Positions 52,015-64,000 of a stretch of DNA of 64,000 nucleotides are shown piece by piece. Positions within the stretch are counted from its first letter, which is position 1. Each line of letters opens with the position of its first letter. This DNA comes from the human T2T-CHM13v2.0 reference genome, Homo sapiens. The translations under genes were made by a program, and so were the position numbers. The notes below the pieces were generated by a model, which worked only from the letters and a program-made list of their open reading frames with translations, was not told the DNA's origin and did not search any database. Location of the stretch: NCBI RefSeq assembly GCF_009914755.1, contig NC_060947.1. One strand, written 5' to 3'.

Positions 52015-53959
52015 TAGCCAACACCCACCACTTTTTACCTCCTTACCTAACCTATAAAGCATTGTTGCTTTCTCTTTCACACATCACTGCCCATTGCTGC
52101 AACACTATAAACCCAGCCTTTTTTCCTTTACCTGCAAAAGGAAGACCCTTTAATTGCTTACCTCTTAAAAAAAAAAAAAAAAAAAAAGGATCCATACATT
52201 GCACAGACCTTCTAGAGATTCCCTTGGGTAATGCTGATTTTATTTTGTTTGTTGATTATTCAGACATAAAGAGTAAGACCAAAAATTGTCAAATAGGATA
52301 TGCTGTCACACTCCTAAATTTACTCTTAAGGTTGGGCGTGGTGGCCCACGCCTGTAATCCCAGGACTTTGGGAGGCTAAGGCGGGTGGATCACTTGAGGT
52401 CAGGAGTTCCGGACCAGCCTGGCCAACATGGTGAAACCCTGTCTCTACTAAAAATACAAAAATTAACCGGGCATGCTGGCCCGTGCCTGTAGTTCCAGCT
52501 ACTTGGGAGCCTGAGGCAGGAGAATTGCTTGAACCTGGGAGGCGGAGGTTGCAGTGAGCTGAGTCACGCCACTGCACTCTAGCCTAAGTGACAGAGTGAG
52601 ACTCCATCTCAAAAGAAAAAAAATTACTCTTAAAAGGAAAACTTCTCACAGAAATTAAATCAGTTTAGATAGTTTAATTGATTACATAGATTTATTAACT
52701 GGCAAAAAGTAAAATAATAAATACTTATGCTGATACTAAGTACATGGTTTTAGGTTAGTCTGACTTCAAAATGCCTTGAAACCAAGAGGTTTTCTGACCT
52801 TGACAGAAACACCTATAAAAATTGACACATTGAAGAAGTCTTGGATGTTTTCAGATGCTGTTAACTTAATTGCTGTAGTAAAAGTGGGGCATCGTTCAAA
52901 GCACAAGGACCCAGAAGCTTGTGATAAAACCTTAGCTGACTACTAAGCTAAATATGCAGTTTTCACCAAGAAAATTAGCCCTGTAATCACTCAGAAAAAA
53001 GGCTCTTTAGAATAATTCAATGAGATTGTTGTTAACCGTCAGAGATTGGCCTCTTTTTGAAAACAAAGATTTTGGAAAAAACTTTGAAGACTCATTGTAC
53101 AAAAATAATATTGAAGACCTTAAGATGGCTAACTGGTAGCACCAAGTCTATTAAAAATGGAATTCATTAGCCCGGCGTGGTGGCACACACCTGTAGTCCC
53201 AGCTACTCAGGAGGCTGAGGCAGGAGAATCGCTTGAACCTGGAGGCGGAGGTTGCAGTGACCCGCGATCACCTGGTGACAGAGTGAGACTCCGTCTCAAA
53301 AAAAAAAAAAAAATGGAATTCAGCAAAAATTCTTCATGGCATTATCCAGAACAGGAGAGGTAAGTTGATAAGTTGGCCACAATATTAAACTGATATTGGT
53401 GGGGTAATTTTAGGGGTATTGTCAAAGGTGTTTCCAAAACATGTCCTACCTGCTAACAACATGGTCCTGCTTAACCTGTAAAGATGGGGCACAGACAGGA
53501 ACCAAAGCCTTGAGGGCCCTTTGAACACCTCCAGATGGACTTCATACAAATGCCTCCTTGATGGGCTGATACATATGCCCGGTTATTGTTTATTTTCAGA
53601 ATGGGTTTAAACTTTTTCTGTCAGAGAGCCATGGTCCTATATTTGTTTGCTAGGGGTGCCAGAATCTAGCATCACAAACTGGAGGGTGGGAGGGGGAAGA
53701 TTTAAAACTACCATCCTTGGCCAGGCGTGGTGGTGGACGCCTGTAATCCCAGCTACTCCCGAGGCTGAGCCAGGAGAATTGCTTGAACTCAGGATGGGAG
53801 GTTGCAGTGAGCCAAGATCATGCCACTGCACTCCAGCCTGGGCGACAGAGTGAGACTCTGTCTCAAAAAATAAAATAAAATAAAATAAAATAAAATAAAA
53901 TAAAACTATCATCCTTTAAGTGGCTCATGTCTGCTTGAGAAGGATGCTCAGAAGTGTCC

Positions 53960-54326
53960 AAAATGACACAAACACAGATTATTCAAGAGAACTTGTTTAA
54001 ACAACAGAGATCGATTGCCTCACAGTTCTGGAGCATAGAAGTCTGAAATCAAGGTGTTGGCAGGGTTGGTTCTTTCTGTTCTAGGTCCCTCTACCCTGGG
54101 CTTGTAGACGGCTGTCCTCTGCGTTTCTTCATATCAATTTCCCTTTATGTGTGCCTGTCTTTGTGCCCAAATTTCCTCTTTATATAAGAATTAGGGGCCA
54201 CCCTAATAACCTCATTTTAACTAATTACCTCTACAAAGACCATAACTCCAAATAAGGTCACATTCTCAGGTACTGGAATTAGGCTTCAACATGTAAATTC
54301 TGAAAGGATGCAATTCAACCCATAAC
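53960..54326 (-). mobile_element. MLT1 (MaLR) LTR
   Basis: CTCACAGTTCTGGAG...AAGTCTGAAATCAAGGTGTTGGCAGG...AAATAAGGTCACATTC...ATTCAACCCATAACA. Confidence 0.85.
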
Positions 54327-54588
54327 AGGCCATTGCCATAACAAAAAATGAAATCTTGATCTCATTTTTCCAACTTGGGGAATTCCATCTTCTCTCTTTA
54401 GTGACAGGAAACTCAATTTTTACTGGGACTGTGATTAAGGAGCTCTGTAAAGTTCTGTCTTTTACCCAGAGACAGCACTGTTCTTATTGTCTACAGGCCT
54501 CATAAAAAGAAGAGAGCTAATGCAATTCTAAAACTAAAACTAAAATTAGCAAAGCTCTCAGAAATCCTACAACTTCCATGGCCTAAAG

Positions 54589-55166
54589 CAGGGGTGTCCA
54601 ATCTTTTGGCTTCCCTGGGCCACATTGGAAGAAGAACTCTCTAGGGCCACACATAAAATACACTAACACCAATGATAGCTGATAAGTAAAAAAAAAAATC
54701 ACAAAAAATCTCATAATATTTTAAGAAAGTTTATGAATTTGTGTTAGACCTCTGTATTAGTCTGTTTTCACGCTGCTGATAAAAACATACCCAAGACTGG
54801 GCAATTTGCAAAAGAAAGAGGTTTAATGGACTTACAGTTCCATGTGACTGGGGTGGCCTCACAATCATGGGGAAGGCAAGGAGGAGCAGTCACGTCTTAC
54901 ATGGATGGCAGCAGGCAAAGAGAGAGCATGCGTGCAGGGAAATCACCCTTATAAAACCATCAGATCTCATGAGACTTATTCACTATCATGAGAACAGCAT
55001 GGGAAAGACCTGCCCCCATGATTCAGTTACTTCCCACTGGGTCCCTCCGACAACACGTGGGAATTCAAGATGAGATCTGGGTGGGGACACAGTCAAACCA
55101 CATCAGCTGCATTCAAAGCTGTCCTGGGCCACATGTAATCCACAGACCAGAGGCTGGACAAGCTTG
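54589..55166 (+). mobile_element. MER30 (hAT) DNA transposon with 8-bp TSD GCCTAAAG, split by THE1
   Basis: CAGGGGTGTCCAATCTTTTGGCTTCCC start, GGACAAGCTTG end; TSD at 54581-54588 and 55167-55174. Confidence 0.9.
54753..55105 (-). mobile_element. THE1 solo LTR
   Basis: TGTATTAGTCTGTTTTCACGCTGCTGATAAA...CAAACCACATCA, about 350 bp with TG..CA ends. Confidence 0.92.
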
Positions 55167-56059
55167 GCCTAAAGTATTAGATTAACTTTAATGTCTACAA
55201 GATCACCCCTGTCTGGGACACACAAGTTATCTAATGAATTAATAATAGGCCACCCTATGTATTTGGTAATTTCACCCTCAGTCTTAGAGTCTGTTTGATT
55301 GTAAGTAGACATGATCAATTAACGTAAGTGACCCATACCATAACTCCAGCTCTGTTACCAAGCCTCTGCATGATCTGCAACCTGGAGGTTTAGTCTTCCG
55401 GAGAAGACACTGGAGAAAAACTGCTCTTGAACCTTGAAGGTGAGGACCTTATCAGGTACTATTAACAATTGACACAGCAGTAAAACTCCAAGATGTTGGT
55501 GCTTGAATTCATGTTTCCCAGTGAAAAGGATATGCATAGTCTCATCCTGATTACTGGACATCCCTTCCGTCTGGAGACCTTAAACTTTGGATTCTTAGAA
55601 ATCTTCCAGAAATTGGCTGGGTGTGGCGGCTCACGCTTGGAGGCTGAGGCGGGTAGATGATGAGGTCAGGAGTTCAAGACCAGCCTAACCAAGATGATGA
55701 AACCCCATATCTACTAAAAATACAAAAATTAGCTGGGTGTTGTGGCAGGCACCTGTAATCCCAGCTACTCAGGAGGCTGAGGCAGGGAATTGCTTGAACC
55801 CGGGAGGCAGAGGTTGCAGTGAGCCTAGATCTCACCACTGCACTCCAGCCTGGGTGACAGAGCAAGACTCCGTCTCAAAAATAAAATAAAATAAAATAAA
55901 AATAAAATAAAAATCCTCCAGAAATTGCTGGCTTCAGAGGGTGAATAGCTCCCACCCAATATGACAGAACAAGATTAATTTTATGATTCTTCATCCCCCT
56001 TTTCAGTTCCTTTACTCTTCTACTAACTTTGCTTATTATTCTACTTAGATGTCTTCTAG

Positions 56060-56269
<210 letters not shown>

Positions 56270-56986
56270 TAAAAAATTATTTGTAGAAATGGGGTCTCAC
56301 TTTGTTGCCCAGGCTGCATCCTGTTATTTTTGTCTCCTTATGGTCTCCCACCACTTAATTTTTTCCCATAACCATGGCTCTGAAGTTAACTGATTGCTAC
56401 CTATGTCACCCCTACTCCTGCCTAACCCTGCTGACAAAAATATAATAGCTCTTCCTTTAAACACTTCAGGAGGTAGATTCCCTTTTATAGGTCTCTTATG
56501 GTACTCGTTTCCCTCACAGCATTAATCTCAATCTTTAGTTTTGTAAAAATTGGACCTGACCTCACATCAACAAAATGCTTCTGCTGAAGTCATTATAATC
56601 CTATCAGCAAGGTGTAGTCAATCAGGAGTGGACACTAACATTGGGAATATCTGGGTGCAATGATCAGTTTGTTCTCTTCAACCTTCTTTGCAGGAGCTGT
56701 TTAATTATACTAAAATTATACTAAAAGGACTTGTCTATCTCAGAAGCTACAAATTGGCTCACTCCTTTTGCAGTAAATGATAGTTATACTCCAAATATAA
56801 TCTGTGCTCCACTCAGGTCTTACTGCTTATATATCTCCTTACATACCTTTTTAATATAAGAAGACCTTATACTTCCTGCCACACACCACCTTATCCTGTG
56901 TTTTTAGGGTAATCGTTAGAGATTTAAAACTACCCTCCTTTCTGTGACTATGTGTCCCAGAGAACACCCAGAAGCCTCCAAACTGA

Positions 56987-57334
<348 letters not shown>

Positions 57335-57785
57335 TAGCCTGGATTCCCTCTTTATGCTTGCACTGGAAACTGCAAATCCCATAGTGGGTGTAATACAACT
57401 AGAACAGTGGTCTGAAACTTGTCTCTGACACTAGTAAATGTCATAAATGACACACTCCTGCTCTGAAAGCCCAAGAAACTACTCAGAATTCATTAACTAG
57501 AGTTGTCATGGGCAATCACATAGCCCTTAATTTCCTCTTCCAACCAAGAGGGAATTTGTGTTGTAGCAAGTATTACTCGTTTCACCTATGTAAGTACTAC
57601 AGGGAAAGCAGAACTGTTTGTGAGTATGCTAAAAGAAAAAGCCACCTGGTTGTCTCAGATATACCTGGTTGCATTCTGGGATACATTTTCATTGCCTGGG
57701 TTTCATAATCTAGGCCCATAACTTTGAGACTTTGAGACCTTTTACCGACATCTGTTTCTTTTCCCTTTTTTTTTTTTTTTTTTGA

Positions 57786-57959
<174 letters not shown>

Positions 57960-58760
57960 TAGTGGAGACAGGGTCTTGCCATGTTGGCCAGGCTTGTCTC
58001 AAACTCCTGACCTCAAGTGATTGGCCTGCCTCAGCCTCCCAAAGTGCTGGGGTTACAGGTGTGAACCACCACGCCTGGCCATGATATCCATTTCTGATAA
58101 CTGCTTTTGTTAATTACAATTAAGATTGCTGATGCTATCTTCCCAGAGTCCTTTTATATTGAATTTTTTACCATACAGCCATTTTCATATCAGATGCAGC
58201 AAGCTGGAGGGACTAACCTCAGTCCAAGTAGAGACTACATTCTCTAAGCCAGCTCCTGATCCGCAATAGAGAAATCTGGGTATCATGGAGTAACATCCAG
58301 CAGCCTCACTTTGTCTGCCTTTGACCAAAAGAAGCAGAAAGAAACAGCCCCTCACATCTGGGAACTAGTGAGATGCTCACAGCTAGGCCTTAGCATTGCT
58401 ACCAGCTGGCCTGGCACTTACAGCTAGACCAAGTTATTCTCCTATTGGATATTAAGGATCTTACAGAATATCAGTGCCAGATAAGTTGACTCTAAGATCA
58501 TGATAAAGTAAGACAAAACAAGGCCATTTCATAATTAAGTCTAAGCACAGACAAAAACAAGATCACTGTGCAGCCCACAAAATGCCAAACATCTCCTTCT
58601 CCTGGATAAGATGAGTGACTGCTGCTTTCTTTCCAATTACTGCTTCAGTCTTGCTCAGTTTGTCCTCCCTAGAGATAGGATTTTCTGATATACCCAATGA
58701 TAAACTTGTCCTCACTTTCTGATAGCACTGAATCTACAGCGAACCCTTTCTTCTTCTTCT

Positions 58761-59416
<656 letters not shown>

Positions 59417-59834
59417 TTAAACCCTCCTGAATCACCCAACCAAAGCCCAAATCCTGTAATATGTCTTTTCTAACTCCCTCTTACTGAGGTGCCCCATGGT
59501 GTGTGTTTTGCCCTGTTGCAACAAGTAATAAGCTCAACTTGTTCAGCTACAGGTGTGTTCCTGGTAGTCTTTGGCTGGAAGGCAATGAAACTAGAGAACT
59601 CTGATGGGTGCCAAGGGCTGCTAATCAGATTCATCTCCAAGGCACTGAAGGAAATGTTTCGGAAAGCTAGACCTCTTCAAGAGGACTAACTTAAGGCACC
59701 TTACAGTTTTCTAGCTGGCTTGAAGGGTGTGACCTACTTGGATGACCTTAGCTCACTGGCAGATAACAAGAGGAAGAAGTCTATTGTTGGGTTTTGATAA
59801 GATTTGGAGGGCACTAAGGGAAGGATAATGTTCT

Positions 59835-60815
59835 TTTTTGTTTGTTTGTTTTGTTTTGTTGAAATGGAGTCTCGCTCTGTCACCCAGGCTGGAGTGCAGT
59901 GGCGTGATCTTGGCTCACTGCAACCTCTGCCTTCTGGGTTAAAGTGATTCTCCTGCCTCAGCCTCCCTAGCAGCTGGGAATACAGGCGCCCGCTACCATG
60001 CCCAGCTAATTTTTTTTCTATTTTTCGTAGAGACAGAGTGTTGGCCAGGCTGGTCTCGAACTCCCGACCTCAGGTGATCCGCCTGCCTCAGCCTCCCAAA
60101 GTGATGGGATTATAGACGTGAGCCACTGCACCCAGCCAGGGAAGGCGAATGTTCTTATAGAAGTCTCAAAACTCAACTGAGTTATGTCTTCTAGTTAGAC
60201 AAGCCTGCCTCTGTCTTCCCTCTGTCCCAGGTGCCTTTGAAGTCTGGCCTACCCATATATCCAGGGTTATCTGAGCAGGCCTCTGCCCTCCTGGAAGCCC
60301 TGCTACTCCTGTTTTGTGTCAAGGACTCCAGCCCTCCAGCCTTGGGGCTTCACTTGTGTTATGGGGCGAGGCTGTAGTGAATCAGAACTTCCTTTGGCCT
60401 CATGCCAACAGAACCAATCATCCTTGATATATCAGGATAAAAAGAACCTTGGAAGGTGATTTTTTCTCTCCTAGTATTCCAGAAAGGAGACTGAAGGAGA
60501 GGCAGTATGTTTCCATGATGAAATGTGTGATAACACAATGACCCGAATAATAATTTATGCCTGGGGTGGGATGCAAATGGAGGGAATTGCTCGAGGAAGG
60601 CTTTACAAAGGAAAAAGAGTATTGTGTTGTCATGAAGGATGAGATGGTCAAGGGGTTGGGGGGCAGGCAAAAGGAGCAGCATTTGCAAAGAATTACTTGA
60701 GCCTGGGAGGCGGAGGTTGCAGTGAGCCGAGATGGTACTACTGCACTCCAGCCTGGGTGACAGAGTGAGACTCAATCTCAAAAAAAAAAAAAAAAAAAAG
60801 GAAAGAAAAAGAAAA
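59835..60815. mobile_element. Alu (- 59835-60138) and an Alu right-arm fragment (+ 60690-60815)
   Basis: Consensus matches. Confidence 0.88.
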
Positions 60816-60999
60816 AGAAGGTGGAGAAGTCCAAAAGGGACCAGATCACAGAAGAGCTTTTCTTGCAATGCCACAGGGTTTTAACTTTATAAGTGGTCTC
60901 ATCTGTCAAATAATTTTGGCAGAAAAGCCACATGGTCAGATTTGCATTGCAGAGAAAGAAATCTACTCTTTTAACACAGGTACATCTTCCTGCTTTTTC

Positions 61000-63380
61000 C
61001 TTTGTCACCTTAGAGTCAATTTTTAGCATAACAGCCTAAGTGATCTTTTTAAAACATGTCTTATCGTGTTATTTTTTTGCTCAAAACTCTGGCTTTACTC
61101 AAATCTTGGTTTCTAGACACGATTTTCTTCTAAAAGGAACCAGAGTCCTTAGATAAATGGTGGATTCTAGGTATGAGGCAAGGAAAAATGCAAGATTCAA
61201 CATGAAACATCTTGTGCAAGAGTGTAAGAAAGTGCTCAGAAAATCATAGGTATATATATGTCAAAAGGACACAGAAGCCAGTTTGAAAGGGCTCCCATTA
61301 AACAAATCTGGAACAAATTCAACATCAACATAATAATAGTAATAGATTGTAACTCACTAATTAAAATAGAAATACATGAGTCCATACTGATATAAATGAA
61401 TGAATAAATATGAGAGAAGGAAAAACTCTCCCTTTCAGTAGAAAGCTGACTAATACATTTAGAAAAATGGTGGAAGTAGAAAACCACCATTTGACAACCA
61501 TCAGGTAAAAATTAACAATGAATAGTAAAACAATTGGTTGAAGTTTTTTTGTTTTTTTTTTTTTTTTTTGAGACAGAGCCTCACTGTCACCTAGGCTGAA
61601 GTGCAGTGGCACGATCTTGGCTCACTGCAGCCTTGACCTCCTGGGTCAAGCAATCCTCCCACCTCACCTCCCAAGTAGCTGGGCCACAGGCGTGTGCCAC
61701 CACACTTGGCTAATTTTTTCTAGACATGGGGTTTCATGATGTTGCTTAGGCTGGTTTCAAACTCCCGAGCTCAAGCGATCCACCCATCTTAGCCTCCCAA
61801 AGTGCTGGGATTGTAGGTGTGAGCCACTGTGCCCAGCAGGTTGAAGTTTTGAGGAGGAACAGGATATTTACACAGGCTCAAAGCATTTCTCCACAAATCT
61901 CTTACACATCACTTATAAATTGCAAATGGGAGAAATGTGGTGGAGAAATGTGGTGAACATTACCTTAACCAAGTAATCAAAGTTAATATCCTCAATGATG
62001 GGACAAAGTAACATCGTGCATGTGCTGATGTGATGCACTGAGAATGATGCAACATCACTTCTGTGCTGCCAAAAAAGTATAACCTGAGTGACGAGGAAAC
62101 CTTAGACAAACTCAAATTGAGGGATATTCTATAAAATAGCCAGCCTGTATGCTTCAAAAATGTCAATGTTATTTAAGTCAAAGAAAGGCTGAGGAACATT
62201 TCTAGATTAAAGGAGACTGAAAAACCGTGACAACTAAAAGCAGGATCTACATTAGAACCTGGATCAGAGGGGAACATGCAATGAAGGACATTAGTGAGAC
62301 AGCTGTCTAAATATGAATGTGGACTGTATATGAAGTAGTAATGCATTAATGTAAATTTCCTTATTTTGATAGTTGTTATGTAAGAAACTACTCTTGTTCT
62401 CAGGAAAATGCCTGCTAAAGTATTTGGAATGAAGGGACAGGATATCTCCAATTTACACTCAAATGCTTCAAAAATAAATGTAAGGAGAAATAAGGCAAAT
62501 GTGGCAAAATGTTAACAATTTGCAGAATCTGGACGAAGGATAAATAAGAGTTCTTTGTACTATTCTTATACCACTTCTGTAAGTTTGACGCTATTTCAAA
62601 ATAAGTTTTTTAAAACCCTGCAATGGCTCCCTGTTCTCCAGAGTAAAACCAAAGTTCTTAAAACAGCCTGCAAGCCCCTGTGTGATTTGGCTTTTTATCA
62701 CCTCTCTCACGTCTTCGCTCACCGTTTTCCCCTTAGCTTGCTCTGCTTCTGGCACATTGACCTCAGTACTGCCCTTAGAAAGGCTCCAAGCACCCTGCAG
62801 TGCTCAGGTTATATCCTCCTGCCCAGAACGCTCTTTCTTCAAGTATCCCCATGGCTTATTCCCTCATTTCCTTCAGGTCTTTGTTCAAACGTCACTTTTC
62901 AGTGAGGACATCACAGATCACCCTATTTAAAATTGCATTCCCGGCTGGACGCAGTGGCTCATGCCTGTAATCCCAGCACCTTGGGAGGATGAGATGGGTG
63001 GAACTCCTGAGGTCAGGAGTTCAAGACCAGCAAGGCCAACATGGTGAAACCCCATCTCTATTAAAAATACAAAAATTAGCCAGATGTGGTGGTGCATGCC
63101 TGTAGTCCCAGCTACTCGGGAGGCTGAGGCAGGAAAATCACTTGAACTCAGGAGGCAGAGGTTGCAATGAGCTGAGATCATGCTGCTGCACTGCTGCACT
63201 CCAGCCTGGGCCACAGACCGAAAATAAAAATAAAATTGCATTCCCCGCCCTCCTTCAAGAAATCTCTATATCCCTTTCCCACTTTGCTTTCCTCTGTGGC
63301 TTTTTTTCACCTTCTAATATGTTATATGCTTTATCTTTTTTTTTTGTTTGTTTATTGTCTGTCTACATCCAGTAGAACAT
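61000..63380. mobile_element. L2 fragment interrupted by an L1MC-like 3' end (+, ~61110-62610) and Alus (- 61545-61838, + 62943-63235)
   Basis: L2-like ...GCTCAAAACTCT resumes as AAAACCCTGCAATGGCTCCC; L1MC-type tail GTACTATTCTT...CTGTAAGTTTGA...TTTCAAAATAA. Confidence 0.7.
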
Positions 63381-63394
63381 AATTTCTAAAAGTT

Positions 63395-64000
63395 GTTTAG
63401 TTAATTAATTTTAATTTTATGAACCAAAACTAAATAGAAACACAAAAACCCCAAAACTGTTAGAGACTTTTCTTTATATATATTTTTTGGCCTGTTGAAT
63501 ATTTACTCCACTGACATTATCTACAGAAGCACTTGGCCAGTTTTTACACAGTGATTCCTTATGCACACTGAAAGGGTCTCCGCAAAAATGACACTATATA
63601 CAAATCTGTACACCCATCCTCCAGAGCAATTCCCCAGCTCCCAGAGGGAGTTATCAACTTAAAGCAGGATACTTGAGGTTTCATGTCTTTAGTTGCCTTA
63701 TCATGATCCCAAATATACATTTCAGGGTTTGTTTTAGTTTTTAAAGACACTTTCCTTGAATATGTGCACTATGGTTAAAATTAAAAACAAAAGTAATAAA
63801 ATAAAATGATCGCTGGAAGGAGCTGACCCTCCCCACCCATCTGGGAGACTTCATCTGGCTGCAGCACAGCGAGGACTGTGTGTGTCCCTGGACAGATGCC
63901 CGGCACTGGGGTGGCCCCCGGTGGCGCACCTCTTCAGTGGAGTCAGCGAAGGCTCTTGCTGACTTTTAAAAAGGAGGAAGATGAAGAAGAAAAAAAGGAA
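63395..64000 (-). pseudogene. Probable processed pseudogene 3'UTR (parent not identified; runs off the window)
   Basis: Non-repeat, mRNA-3'UTR-like sequence ending on the minus strand in ATTAAA plus a decayed A-rich tail, abutting L2. Confidence 0.45.

Overview
Human (primate) genomic DNA, recognisable as Xq26.3. The left third holds the 5' half of MAP7D3 on the minus strand: coding exons 1-7 complete, exon 8 partial, all with GT-AG sites and a continuous reading frame. It also has a CpG-island promoter at about 19.1-20.0 kb and a candidate distal first exon (MTSPR) at 24.7 kb. The rest is Alu/MIR/L1/L2-rich intergenic DNA containing a ~3.9 kb array of ~350 bp diverged repeats with an internal inverted block, a 3'UTR retrocopy (probably MAZ), a degraded class I ERV with a MER67-type LTR and nested MER30/THE1/MLT1/Alu insertions, an AluYa5, and another probable retrocopy 3'UTR at the right edge. 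Best leads: (1) a 126-nt in-frame fossil exon in MAP7D3 intron 7 encoding the conserved MAP7-family 'LxxPTxxxLARSxS' motif, with its splice acceptor reading AT instead of AG and inverted Alus on either side; (2) the 45.5-49.4 kb dimeric repeat array with a 158-bp-arm, ~92% identical palindrome and stem-loops that recur in most units; (3) inverted Alus closely flanking symmetric exon 6. Gene and repeat names come from memory, not database searches, and most repeat boundaries are approximate.
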